From Candidatus Limimorpha sp. (lineage in GTDB: Bacteria; Bacteroidota; Bacteroidia; Bacteroidales; F082): a stretch of DNA of 64,000 nucleotides. The stretch lies in NCBI GenBank assembly GCA_051875555.1, contig JBJEGZ010000011.1:108452-172451 (forward strand). The letters are read 5' to 3'. Positions within the stretch are counted from its first letter, which is position 1. Each line of letters opens with the position of its first letter. The position numbers were made by a program, and so were the translations under genes. Positions 36,738 to 44,292 of the stretch are shown here, piece after piece. The notes below the pieces were generated by a model. The model was given only the letters and a program-made list of their open reading frames with translations. It made no database searches and had not been told where the DNA came from.

Positions 36738-39269
36738 ATGAAAAGATGGATGCTCTTCCTAATAATCGTGTCCCTTCTTCCGACTTTTGTGTTTGGACAG
36801 AAGAATGAAGCCGTTTTGTTTGGAAGAATAACCGATGATAGTGGAAAAACGCTTGAGTTTGTTAATGTCGCGGTCTTGAATACTCAATACGGGGTGGTGT
36901 CTGACAGCCGTGGCAACTATAGCCTTAACATGCCTGCAGATACTCTTTTAGAGGTGGTCTTCTCCTTTATCGGATACGAGGAACAAAAATATAATTTTAA
37001 GATTGGAAGCGGTGAGAAACTTAGGAAGGATGTGACACTCAAGGTCGTGTCAACTATGCTTCCTGACGCTATGGTGCACGACAGGGTGATTAAAACATCA
37101 ACAATCACCCGTCTTGATGCGCGGGAGACGGTGCTTCTTCCGACTTCTGGCGCTGGAGGTGTTGAGGATATTGTTAAGACACTTCCAGGCGTAAGTTCAA
37201 CTAATGAACTCAGCTCACAATACAATGTGCGTGGCGGAAATTTCGATGAGAATCTTATCTATGTGAACGGTATTGAGATATATAAGCCTTTTCTCGTAGG
37301 CTCGGGACAGCAGGAGGGACTTAGTTTTATCAACTCCCGCCTTATTTCTAATATCGATTTCTCAGCCGGAGGCTTCTCCACAGAATATGGCGACAAACTG
37401 TCATCTGTTCTCGATATCACCTATAAAAACCCTACAATTTCCGCTGGCTCGCTGACACTAAGCATGTTAGGAGCGGAAGCCCATGCCGAGGGAAGGATCG
37501 GTGATGGAAAACTCAGTTATCTTATTGGAGCAAGATATAAAAATACAAAATATCTTCTCGGAAAAATGGATACTAAAGGGACTTACCAGCCTAACTTCAC
37601 TGATGTTCAAGGACTTCTGACATATAATGCTTCTTCCCGACTTGAGATTTCGGCACTTGGCTATTATTCGAGAAACAGTTATTTGATGGTTCCCGCTACT
37701 CGTGAGACTGATTTCGGAAATCTTCAAGCATCTTATAGGTTGAAAATTTATTTCGATGGTCATGAGTTAAGTAGATATTCTACCGGATTAGGTGCCTTGT
37801 CATTTAATTATAGTCCAAATGAAGATGTGGTGTTAAAACTTATTGCATCGGCTTATTCTGCCGTTGAGTCGGAGACTTATGATGTGCAGGGACAATATTG
37901 GATTGGACAGCTTGAGACTAACCCGGGAAGCGAGCAGCAAGGCGATGTCATTACAAATCAAGGAGTTGGAACATATATAGAACATGCCCGCAATTTCTTC
38001 TATTCTCAAGTGTTAAATTTAGATCACAAAGGTGCTTATAATTACAATGACAACACTTTGAAATGGGGCGTGCGTTTCCAGCACCAAAGCATAGATGATA
38101 TTATTAATGAATGGGATATGGTTGATTCAGCGGGCTATACGCTGCCACATTTTATCGATTCAATCATAAATCCTAATAATCCTTTACAAACTTCGCTTGA
38201 ACTGAAGAATGTCGCTAATAGTCATAATATTATTAATATTAACAATGTTGATGGTTATTTGCAAAATTCATGGCAGTTTGAGAATGAAAAAGACGATATC
38301 TTCGTTTTGACAGCCGGTATCCGCGCAAATTATTGGGGATATAATGGTGAGATAAACATCAGTCCGCGGGTCGGATTTGCGTTTAAGCCGCATTGGGAAC
38401 GGAATATGACTTTCAGATTGTCGGGCGGCGTTTATGTTCAGCCTCCTTTTTATCGCGAGATCCGTATGTTTGACGGAAGTCTTGTCGATCCGGAGATTGC
38501 CTCATCTCAGAAATCGTTACAGGTCGTTCTTGGTCACGAATATAACTTTATCGCATGGGAACGTCCTTTTGTTCTTACTACAGAATTGTTTTACAAGAAG
38601 TTAAAGGATATTATACCCTATGAGGTTGACAATATCCGTATCCGATATTTTGCTGACCAGAAGGCATCGGGTTATTCCACAGGCATTGATATGAAGATTA
38701 ATGGTGAGTTTGTGAAAGGTATTGAGAGTTGGGCATCATTATCGATTATGAAATCATCGGAGAATATCAGGTATTTCGTTGATAGTGACGGTGTGTTGTT
38801 GTCGCAGACCGATGTTAATAATGGCGCGAGTTATGATCATGACACTATCATCAGCGGGATTCCGCGTCCTTCCGACCAAAGGGTTAATTTCGCAATCTTC
38901 TTCCAAGACTATATTCCTTTTATACCTTCTTTCAAGGTGAACCTGAAGTTGATTTTTGGAACAGGATTGCCGTTTGGACCTTCGGAATCAGAGAGATATG
39001 CCCAAAAAATGAGAATGTCACCGTATCGTCGTGTTGATATAGGATTTAGCAAGCAACTCATCGGTGGAGGTCAGACTGCATCTTTTGGCCCACGAAATCC
39101 TTTACAGTATATTAAAAACTGTTGGCTTAGTTTAGAGGTGTTCAATTTGCTTGGAGTAAATAATGTGAGTTCGTATATGTGGGTCACAGATATTTATAAT
39201 ATTCAGTATGCCGTGCCAAACTATCTGACAAACAGGCAGTTAAATCTTAAACTGATATTAGAGTTCTAA
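36738..39269 (+). CDS. TonB-dependent receptor with N-terminal carboxypeptidase-regulatory-like domain
   Basis: Signal peptide and a CarbopepD_reg-like region (GRITDDSGKTLEFVNVAVL...SDSRGNYSL). Plug motifs (LPGVSS..., RGG...ENLIYVNGIE) are followed by a large barrel. The terminal residues are not the canonical aromatic. The TTG start was replaced by the ATG at 36738. Confidence 0.85.
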   Translation: MKRWMLFLIIVSLLPTFVFGQKNEAVLFGRITDDSGKTLEFVNVAVLNTQYGVVSDSRGNYSLNMPADTLLEVVFSFIGYEEQKYNFKIGSGEKLRKDVTLKVVSTMLPDAMVHDRVIKTSTITRLDARETVLLPTSGAGGVEDIVKTLPGVSSTNELSSQYNVRGGNFDENLIYVNGIEIYKPFLVGSGQQEGLSFINSRLISNIDFSAGGFSTEYGDKLSSVLDITYKNPTISAGSLTLSMLGAEAHAEGRIGDGKLSYLIGARYKNTKYLLGKMDTKGTYQPNFTDVQGLLTYNASSRLEISALGYYSRNSYLMVPATRETDFGNLQASYRLKIYFDGHELSRYSTGLGALSFNYSPNEDVVLKLIASAYSAVESETYDVQGQYWIGQLETNPGSEQQGDVITNQGVGTYIEHARNFFYSQVLNLDHKGAYNYNDNTLKWGVRFQHQSIDDIINEWDMVDSAGYTLPHFIDSIINPNNPLQTSLELKNVANSHNIININNVDGYLQNSWQFENEKDDIFVLTAGIRANYWGYNGEINISPRVGFAFKPHWERNMTFRLSGGVYVQPPFYREIRMFDGSLVDPEIASSQKSLQVVLGHEYNFIAWERPFVLTTELFYKKLKDIIPYEVDNIRIRYFADQKASGYSTGIDMKINGEFVKGIESWASLSIMKSSENIRYFVDSDGVLLSQTDVNNGASYDHDTIISGIPRPSDQRVNFAIFFQDYIPFIPSFKVNLKLIFGTGLPFGPSESERYAQKMRMSPYRRVDIGFSKQLIGGGQTASFGPRNPLQYIKNCWLSLEVFNLLGVNNVSSYMWVTDIYNIQYAVPNYLTNRQLNLKLILEF

Positions 39270-39688
39270 TCGTGGTGAATGATAAAATTTGTGAGCCGGC
39301 AAGATAGAATCATTTCTCCTTCTTCATCTTTCACATCGATATTCCAAACGTGGGTTTGTCTTCCTTGGTGTAAACAAATCGCTTCAGCATAGATGTATGA
39401 GTTCAACTTCCCGGATTTCATGTAGTTGGCTGTTATGTTAATCCCTCTTATCTCATTGTGTTCCAATCCGACAAGGAAGGAAGATCCTACACCGCCGACG
39501 CTTTCAGCAAAGGCTACGCCAGCGCCTCCGTGCATTATGCCGAAAGGCTGGGTCAACTCTTTTTTAATAAACATACGGGCGTGAACGAATCCTGCTTTCA
39601 CTTCAAGGTATTCTATGCCTAAAAAATCCATCAATGTATCTTTATTTAACGCTTTTAACTCCTCAATATTATCACATTTTCCTAACAT
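39266..39688 (-). CDS. PaaI-family hotdog thioesterase
   Basis: FLGIEYLEV..G.V.ARM......QPFGIMHGGA...AES.G is the PaaI/DHNA-CoA thioesterase-like signature. The ORF-track TTG start lies inside the promoter box, so the ATG at 39688 is used. Confidence 0.8.
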   Translation of the reverse strand: MLGKCDNIEELKALNKDTLMDFLGIEYLEVKAGFVHARMFIKKELTQPFGIMHGGAGVAFAESVGGVGSSFLVGLEHNEIRGINITANYMKSGKLNSYIYAEAICLHQGRQTHVWNIDVKDEEGEMILSCRLTNFIIHHD

Positions 39689-39703
39689 ACATTCTTTTTT
39701 CTG

Positions 39704-39711
39704 CAAAGATA
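39704..39711 (-). promoter_or_regulatory. -7 promoter box (TATCTTTG on the minus strand) for the thioesterase gene
   Basis: Plus-strand caaagata, 16-23 nt upstream of the ATG at 39688. Confidence 0.6.
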
Positions 39712-39741
39712 AAAATATTGCCGAGATTTTTGTCTCGGCAA
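39710..39741 (-). terminator. rho-independent terminator ending the riboswitch-controlled two-gene operon
   Basis: 9-bp stem ttgccgaga/tctcggcaa. On the minus strand it is followed by TATTTTTATC. Confidence 0.75.
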
Positions 39742-39758
39742 TAAAAGAATATTTTTTG

Positions 39759-40715
39759 TTACTGTTTAAATATTTTAGCAGTTGAGGAATTGATTTCGAT
39801 GAAATAAAGACCTTTTTGCAATGCGGAAATATCTATTGACTTATTATTAGTGGGTTGTTCCATTACCAGTGTGCCGGTTAGACTATAAATTCGGCATTCT
39901 CCATCAAATGGAAGATGCAATAAGGTGCTACATGGGTTCGGGAACACCTCTATTTTATTGCAGTATATTTCGTTGATGCCAAGATGTGCCACGTCGTGAA
40001 TAACACCGACAGCGTCAAGGTCAAAGCCGCTCGATTCAAAAGGTGTTGGCCAAGGGTCGTTTACAATGTTTCCCTCAGAGTCGTATGTTGCATATTCTGG
40101 GTCGATATTTCCAACGACATCAACAACCCTTACATGTGTAATGTTTTGTTTATCAAGGAGAACGTTATCTTCAATGTCGTCTAAATCGAATGGTGTGCCA
40201 TAAAGCGCCATATACTTACCTGCAAGGTTGTGAACCTTTGTACAGTCAGAGAATCCGAAACCATCGGTTTGTGTCTCGGTTTGTGTCAAAGAAATAGAAG
40301 GGAAACGGAAAAAATGTTCGCCATCGGAGCTTACTTCAACAAAGGCAAATTCAAGGAATCCGTCATTGAAAGAGTTCTCGAATACTGCGAAATCCGGACC
40401 GGGACCGTTGCATATAGGAGAAGCGAAAGTCAGGACAGCGTTACCGCCGTCACCGAGGCTCACTACTGACATCGTGCCGTCAGCCTTGCCAAGAGCGGCG
40501 TCAGGCTCCCCATACGAGGCGTATCCAAGCGATGGATTGTCTATCTGTTGCAGTCCGCGTTCTAAAATGCAAGATGTAGCCCATGCAACAAAAACACTTG
40601 AATCACAATGGATTGCGGTTGTCCCTTCATGCCCAGCCGGTGGTGCGAATTGAGCGAAGGTCACCGGCTGTAACATGAAAACTAAAAAACATAAATAACC
40701 AAGTTTTTTTATCAT
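39759..40715 (-). CDS. secreted protein with T9SS type-A C-terminal sorting domain, unknown function (second gene of the B12-riboswitch operon)
   Basis: Signal peptide (...PVTFAQ). Core contains LGDGGNAVLTF...GPGPDFAVFEN...FAFVEVSSDG and DLDAVG. C-terminus reads VFPNPCSTLLHL....IYSLTGTLV....GLYFIEI, the T9SS CTD pattern. The start overlaps the upstream stop (ATGA). Confidence 0.8.
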   Translation of the reverse strand: MIKKLGYLCFLVFMLQPVTFAQFAPPAGHEGTTAIHCDSSVFVAWATSCILERGLQQIDNPSLGYASYGEPDAALGKADGTMSVVSLGDGGNAVLTFASPICNGPGPDFAVFENSFNDGFLEFAFVEVSSDGEHFFRFPSISLTQTETQTDGFGFSDCTKVHNLAGKYMALYGTPFDLDDIEDNVLLDKQNITHVRVVDVVGNIDPEYATYDSEGNIVNDPWPTPFESSGFDLDAVGVIHDVAHLGINEIYCNKIEVFPNPCSTLLHLPFDGECRIYSLTGTLVMEQPTNNKSIDISALQKGLYFIEINSSTAKIFKQ

Positions 40716-41473
40716 TTTACAATAAGTTTCATTGTGTCACTATAGTTCGATGTATTTATTGAAATGAAATAAATTCCATTTGTAAATACTTCTGTATCAA
40801 TGAAATATATTGTCTCGCCATCAATGTTGATGATGTCCGACTTTATTGCTCTTCCTTGAATGTCGTATATTGTGATGCTCACGTTCTCACCGTTACCAAC
40901 AAGGTTGAGGTATGTACCCGTTGTTGCAGGATTTGGGTAAAGCGATGCGCTGACACTGCTGTTTTCAGCAATGCCGAATATGTTTGTCGCTGGTGTTACT
41001 GTCTGTGTCCACACATAAACCCATTGTCCGACTTCTGTCGCACATGACTCATCGCCCCATTTGATGTAATCGCCGTTTACAACTTCCTGCGTCTCATAGC
41101 CAAAGTTTGCCATTACTCCATTAACCAAAAACAACCAGTACATTCCGGATAGTGAGAGATGTGTGTCGCCCTCGTTGTAAGTTATGTCTGTGACCATGCC
41201 GTTGCTTGCACTGTAATCGAAACGGTTGTCGTCGTTAGCAACGGCATCCATCACTTCCTTTGTGGTAACTGATTCACCATTAAAGCGATAGCCCCAAGCT
41301 AATGCTATGTTTGGATTGTTCCAGTTTACGATAAAGATGACCTCGCTGTTTCCTTCACCAATCCAATATTGTATCTCATCTGCCGAGATTGTTGCGTCTT
41401 CTTGTGAATAAGAATTAGCAAATGTTAAACATAATACTGTTAATAAAAAGAATTTAGTAAATAATTTAAGCAT
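40712..41473 (-). CDS. secreted protein with T9SS type-A C-terminal sorting domain; N-domain resembles the DUF4430 / transcobalamin beta-domain pattern (first gene of the B12-riboswitch operon)
   Basis: Signal peptide (...FANSYSQ). Motif run YWIGEG..EVIFIVNW...ALAWGYRFNG...YWLFLVNGVMANFGYETQEVVNGDYIKWGD. C-terminus LYPNPATTGTYLNL...ITIYDIQGRAI...GIYFISI is the T9SS CTD pattern. Confidence 0.75.
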   Translation of the reverse strand: MLKLFTKFFLLTVLCLTFANSYSQEDATISADEIQYWIGEGNSEVIFIVNWNNPNIALAWGYRFNGESVTTKEVMDAVANDDNRFDYSASNGMVTDITYNEGDTHLSLSGMYWLFLVNGVMANFGYETQEVVNGDYIKWGDESCATEVGQWVYVWTQTVTPATNIFGIAENSSVSASLYPNPATTGTYLNLVGNGENVSITIYDIQGRAIKSDIINIDGETIYFIDTEVFTNGIYFISINTSNYSDTMKLIVK

Positions 41474-41631
41474 AACGTTAAAAATTAATTAATAATACAA
41501 TATTTTATTAATGGGAAAAACCTATTAAAAATCAAAAAACAATATTTTTTGTCCTACAAAGAAGGCAAAACAAATTCCATTCTATGATTTTTTATGATAG
41601 TTTTTATCCCGAAAACCATTTATTCATTGTG

Positions 41632-41790
41632 AGAGGCAGGTCTTCTGACTTATTCCTTACACCTGATGTCTTCCCGGAAGTGTGAGACCTCCAGTGACGT
41701 ATTGACAGGTGCTATTAGAATTTACAGCAGCGGGAACTGTCCGGGACTTTCACCCGATTCCCTATTGAGTCCGTTGTGGACACCTTTCAA
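41632..41790 (-). promoter_or_regulatory. cobalamin (B12) riboswitch
   Basis: The minus strand reads ...AATAGGGAATCGGGTGAAAGTCCCGGACAGTTCCCGCTGCTGTAA...GTCACTGGAGGTCTCACACTTCCGGGAAGACATC... These are the conserved core (AGGGAA..GGTGAAA.TCC...CCCGC.GCTGTA) and a B12-box-like GYCACTGG...GGGAAG. A promoter box lies immediately upstream, and the first gene starts about 160 nt downstream. Confidence 0.85.
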
Positions 41791-41795
41791 CTTTG

Positions 41796-41803
41796 CAAAA
41801 ATA
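41796..41803 (-). promoter_or_regulatory. -7 promoter box (TATTTTTG on the minus strand) driving the riboswitch leader
   Basis: Plus-strand caaaaata, immediately upstream of the riboswitch 5' end. Confidence 0.6.
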
Positions 41804-41878
41804 AGCTAAAATTCTGATATGGTGAGTTTTTTTTAGAAAAAAATTACTAATAATTCTAATGTGTTAGTATTCAAAAAG

Positions 41879-42547
41879 TTACTTCTTTTTACTTTTTGAA
41901 TTCTGTTTCTTTGACAACTGATGTGACAATGATGCCAATGAGGAGGCAAGGTTCTCGTTCTTAACCAAAATGCCCTCGGGAACGTTGAGAAGTGTGAATG
42001 GGAAGTTCCAAATTGCAAGTATCCCGCTTTCAACCATGAGGTCGCACACCTGTTGAGCCTGGTCTTCTGGCACAGCAATTATCCCTATCTTTATGTTCAT
42101 ACGTTTTACTATGGAGGACAGCTTCTCAAGTGGAAAGATATATTTCCCGTTTATTTGTTCTGAATACAACCTCTCATCTTTATCAAAACCAGCGACAATG
42201 TCTAACCCTAATCGAGCAAACCCTTTGTTAGCCAATAATAAACGCCCCAAACTTCCAACCCCAACAAGCACAGCCTCGTCTTTGTTGTTGTATCCAAGGT
42301 ATTCCTTCATGTCCTTTAACAGTATCCCAACGTTGAACCCCAAACGTGGCTTGCCTGATACTGAACTTACACTGGCAAGGTCCTTCCTCACTAAAACCGG
42401 GTTTAGATTCAGATTCTTAGCGATGTCGGTGGCAGAAACATTTTTAACACCTTCATCTTCAAGTTTCATTATGTAACTATAATACAATGGCAATCGATTT
42501 AATGTCGATTGCATGATAACTAATGAATTGTTAACTTTGTTTTTCAC
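41879..42547 (-). CDS. rex: redox-sensing transcriptional repressor Rex
   Basis: LNRLPLYYSY...VSATDIAKNL.....VRKDL winged helix, followed by Rossmann GVGSLGRLL. The ORF-track start is a GTG at 42547. An alternative ATG lies at 42514. Confidence 0.85.
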   Translation of the reverse strand: MKNKVNNSLVIMQSTLNRLPLYYSYIMKLEDEGVKNVSATDIAKNLNLNPVLVRKDLASVSSVSGKPRLGFNVGILLKDMKEYLGYNNKDEAVLVGVGSLGRLLLANKGFARLGLDIVAGFDKDERLYSEQINGKYIFPLEKLSSIVKRMNIKIGIIAVPEDQAQQVCDLMVESGILAIWNFPFTLLNVPEGILVKNENLASSLASLSHQLSKKQNSKSKKK

Positions 42548-42569
42548 ATCGATAATTTTTTATCTATTG

Positions 42570-42577
42570 CAAATATA
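42570..42577 (-). promoter_or_regulatory. -7 promoter box (TATATTTG on the minus strand) for rex
   Basis: Plus-strand caaatata, 23-30 nt upstream of the GTG at 42547. Confidence 0.5.
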
Positions 42578-42816
42578 GCACATTTTTACGTTTGAATTCA
42601 AAATTGTTTATAAAAATAAGGTGTTTCCACTATTTTTAACCGTAATTTATCCGATCAACAATGTGAGCTTTTTATTTGTTTTGTCAGCATGGTTTTATTT
42701 ATAAAAATGTTAACCTTTATTAGTACGGATATTATTTGTCGTGTTGCAAATAATCATTAACGTTCTTGTTAACATTGTGGAATTTTGTTAACAATCAAGT
42801 AGGGAAAGATGAATGT

Positions 42817-43410
42817 CTATCGTATTTCAAAATCATCTATTATATTGTTAATCAATGCATAAACCGTTAATCCGGATACTGATTTGATTCCTGTCTTCTT
42901 GATAATGTTTTTCCTGTGTGTTATCACTGTGTGGATAGATATGAACAGTTTCTCGCTTATCTCTTTATTTGTCAATCCTTTTACAAGTGCTATGAGAACT
43001 TCTATCTCTCTATTTGTAAGTTCAATACTTTCGTTCTGAGGTGATGCTAAAGTGCTGCTTTTTAATATGTTAAAGATTTTGTTCGCGACTTTCTGTTTTG
43101 AATCGTTCATCTCTATTACTTCGTCAAATTTTTTTAACATTTCTTTTTCAATATAAGAACTGACGAAGGCAAAGACTTTCAAGTCGGAGAAGTTACTCTG
43201 GATTTTATTAAGAATATCGCTGTTTGCTGTTAGTAATGGATTTATTATCAATATATTAGGATTGTAAATCAGGATTTTCTCCTCTAATCTGTCTATGTTA
43301 TCGAGTTGTGATATTACAGAAAGTTGGCTGAACTCTTCGAGAAAAGAAGTGAGGCCACAAACGAGTATCGGTGATGGGTCAACTATGATTATTTTGTTGT
43401 CAGCATTCAT
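42817..43410 (-). CDS. LuxR-family HTH regulator with a degenerate (pseudo-)receiver domain
   Basis: C-terminal LTNREIEVLIALVKGLTNKEISEKLFISIHTVITHRKNI is a LuxR/GerE HTH. The N-domain has a CheY-like layout. The phospho-acceptor position reads NILIINPLL (Asn, not Asp), the acidic pair is reduced to IIVDPSP, and no beta5 Lys is present. Confidence 0.8.
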   Translation of the reverse strand: MNADNKIIIVDPSPILVCGLTSFLEEFSQLSVISQLDNIDRLEEKILIYNPNILIINPLLTANSDILNKIQSNFSDLKVFAFVSSYIEKEMLKKFDEVIEMNDSKQKVANKIFNILKSSTLASPQNESIELTNREIEVLIALVKGLTNKEISEKLFISIHTVITHRKNIIKKTGIKSVSGLTVYALINNIIDDFEIR

Positions 43411-44095
43411 TGATACTATTTTCAAGTGATTCGACAAATGGGATAAGCACACGTTCCTCTATCATTTTGTGGCATGATAAGTCGGAGGATAAGTCAATGA
43501 TATCCAATGATATCTCTATGCGTTCCTTTGGAAAAACATCGGCTGGGAGATATTTGACGAGGATATTCATCAAATCGGAGAGTTTGTCCTCTATATTGGT
43601 ATGGTTCCTATGGAATTCCCTCATGCTGAAGTGAGAGATAACATCGTGAGAGACAATTTGTTGCAGGTATGGGAACACTTTCTCCTCCTCATATTTGAAA
43701 TGTTCAACCACTTCGTTTTTATAGTCGTTGAAGAAACGTTTCAACGTTGGTCCGTATTTTGGAGTACATGCGTCTATAATATGATTAAGGTGTTCTTCGA
43801 TGTGAGGCAGACGCTCGCAAAGATAATAGTTATGCGATTCTAATAAAAAGTTAATTAACACTTTAGAGTCAACCATCATTATGTCGTCGTTTGAAGGCGA
43901 GAAGTCGTTGTTGCAATAAACGTTGCAAATCATAAGGAAAAAATGAGGTGATACCTTACTTTCCTCACATACTTCGCGCACGCTGCGGTCACCGAAACCG
44001 AGTTTTATGTCAAATCGTGGGAGCATCAGCAATAGTTTCGTGTTGCTGAGTACCAAGTCGGACATCTTCATTGTTTCTGAAAACACATTTCTCAT
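43400..44095 (-). CDS. hemerythrin-like metal-binding domain protein (RIC/ScdA-like layout)
   Basis: His/Glu-rich helical motifs (HNYYLCERLPHIEEHL, EEKVFPYL, HRNHTNIEDKL, EERVLIPFV). Its 3' end overlaps the LuxR gene start by 11 nt. The TTG ORF-track start lies inside the promoter box, so the ATG at 44095 is used. Confidence 0.65.
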   Translation of the reverse strand: MRNVFSETMKMSDLVLSNTKLLLMLPRFDIKLGFGDRSVREVCEESKVSPHFFLMICNVYCNNDFSPSNDDIMMVDSKVLINFLLESHNYYLCERLPHIEEHLNHIIDACTPKYGPTLKRFFNDYKNEVVEHFKYEEEKVFPYLQQIVSHDVISHFSMREFHRNHTNIEDKLSDLMNILVKYLPADVFPKERIEISLDIIDLSSDLSCHKMIEERVLIPFVESLENSINEC

Positions 44096-44110
44096 GTTAA
44101 AATTTTTCTG

Positions 44111-44118
44111 CAAAGATA
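44111..44118 (-). promoter_or_regulatory. -7 promoter box (TATCTTTG on the minus strand) for the hemerythrin-luxR pair
   Basis: Plus-strand caaagata, 16-23 nt upstream of the ATG at 44095. Confidence 0.6.
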
Positions 44119-44163
44119 ACTTCTTTTTGTTTACTAAGTGTTTGGTTTTATAAAAATAGCCTT

Positions 44164-44213
44164 AAATGATTATACACATGGTGATAAATCACAATTAATG
44201 GTGATGATTATAA
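44164..44213. promoter_or_regulatory. candidate Fur-type operator region in the divergent promoter
   Basis: AT-rich GAT-hexamer-like repeats. ATGATTATA occurs twice (44166, 44204) and the palindrome GTGATAAATCAC lies at 44181-44192. The region sits between the hemerythrin/LuxR promoter and the porin-feoAB promoter. Confidence 0.3.
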
Positions 44214-44227
44214 AAGTGAATCTGAAA

Positions 44228-44235
44228 TACTTTTG
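44228..44235 (+). promoter_or_regulatory. -7 promoter box TACTTTTG for the porin-feoAB operon
   Basis: TAnnTTTG match 58 nt upstream of the ATG at 44293. The ORF-track start at 44233 is the TTG inside this box. Confidence 0.55.
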
Positions 44236-44292
44236 CATTGTCAAAAAGTAATATCGGAATTAACAGAAATTAACAATCGAAAGAACCAACTA

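Noticed and set aside
42700-42800. Cluster of GTTAAC-containing motifs (atgttaacc, cattaacg, cttgttaacatt, and the palindrome TTGTTAACAA at 42785-42794) as possible Rex operators
   Set aside because: Half-site spacing does not fit the 18-bp TTGTKAAnnnnTTMACAA Rex layout. The cluster lies more than 150 nt upstream of the rex -7 box and just downstream of the luxR stop. The evidence is insufficient, though a PWM scan would be worthwhile.
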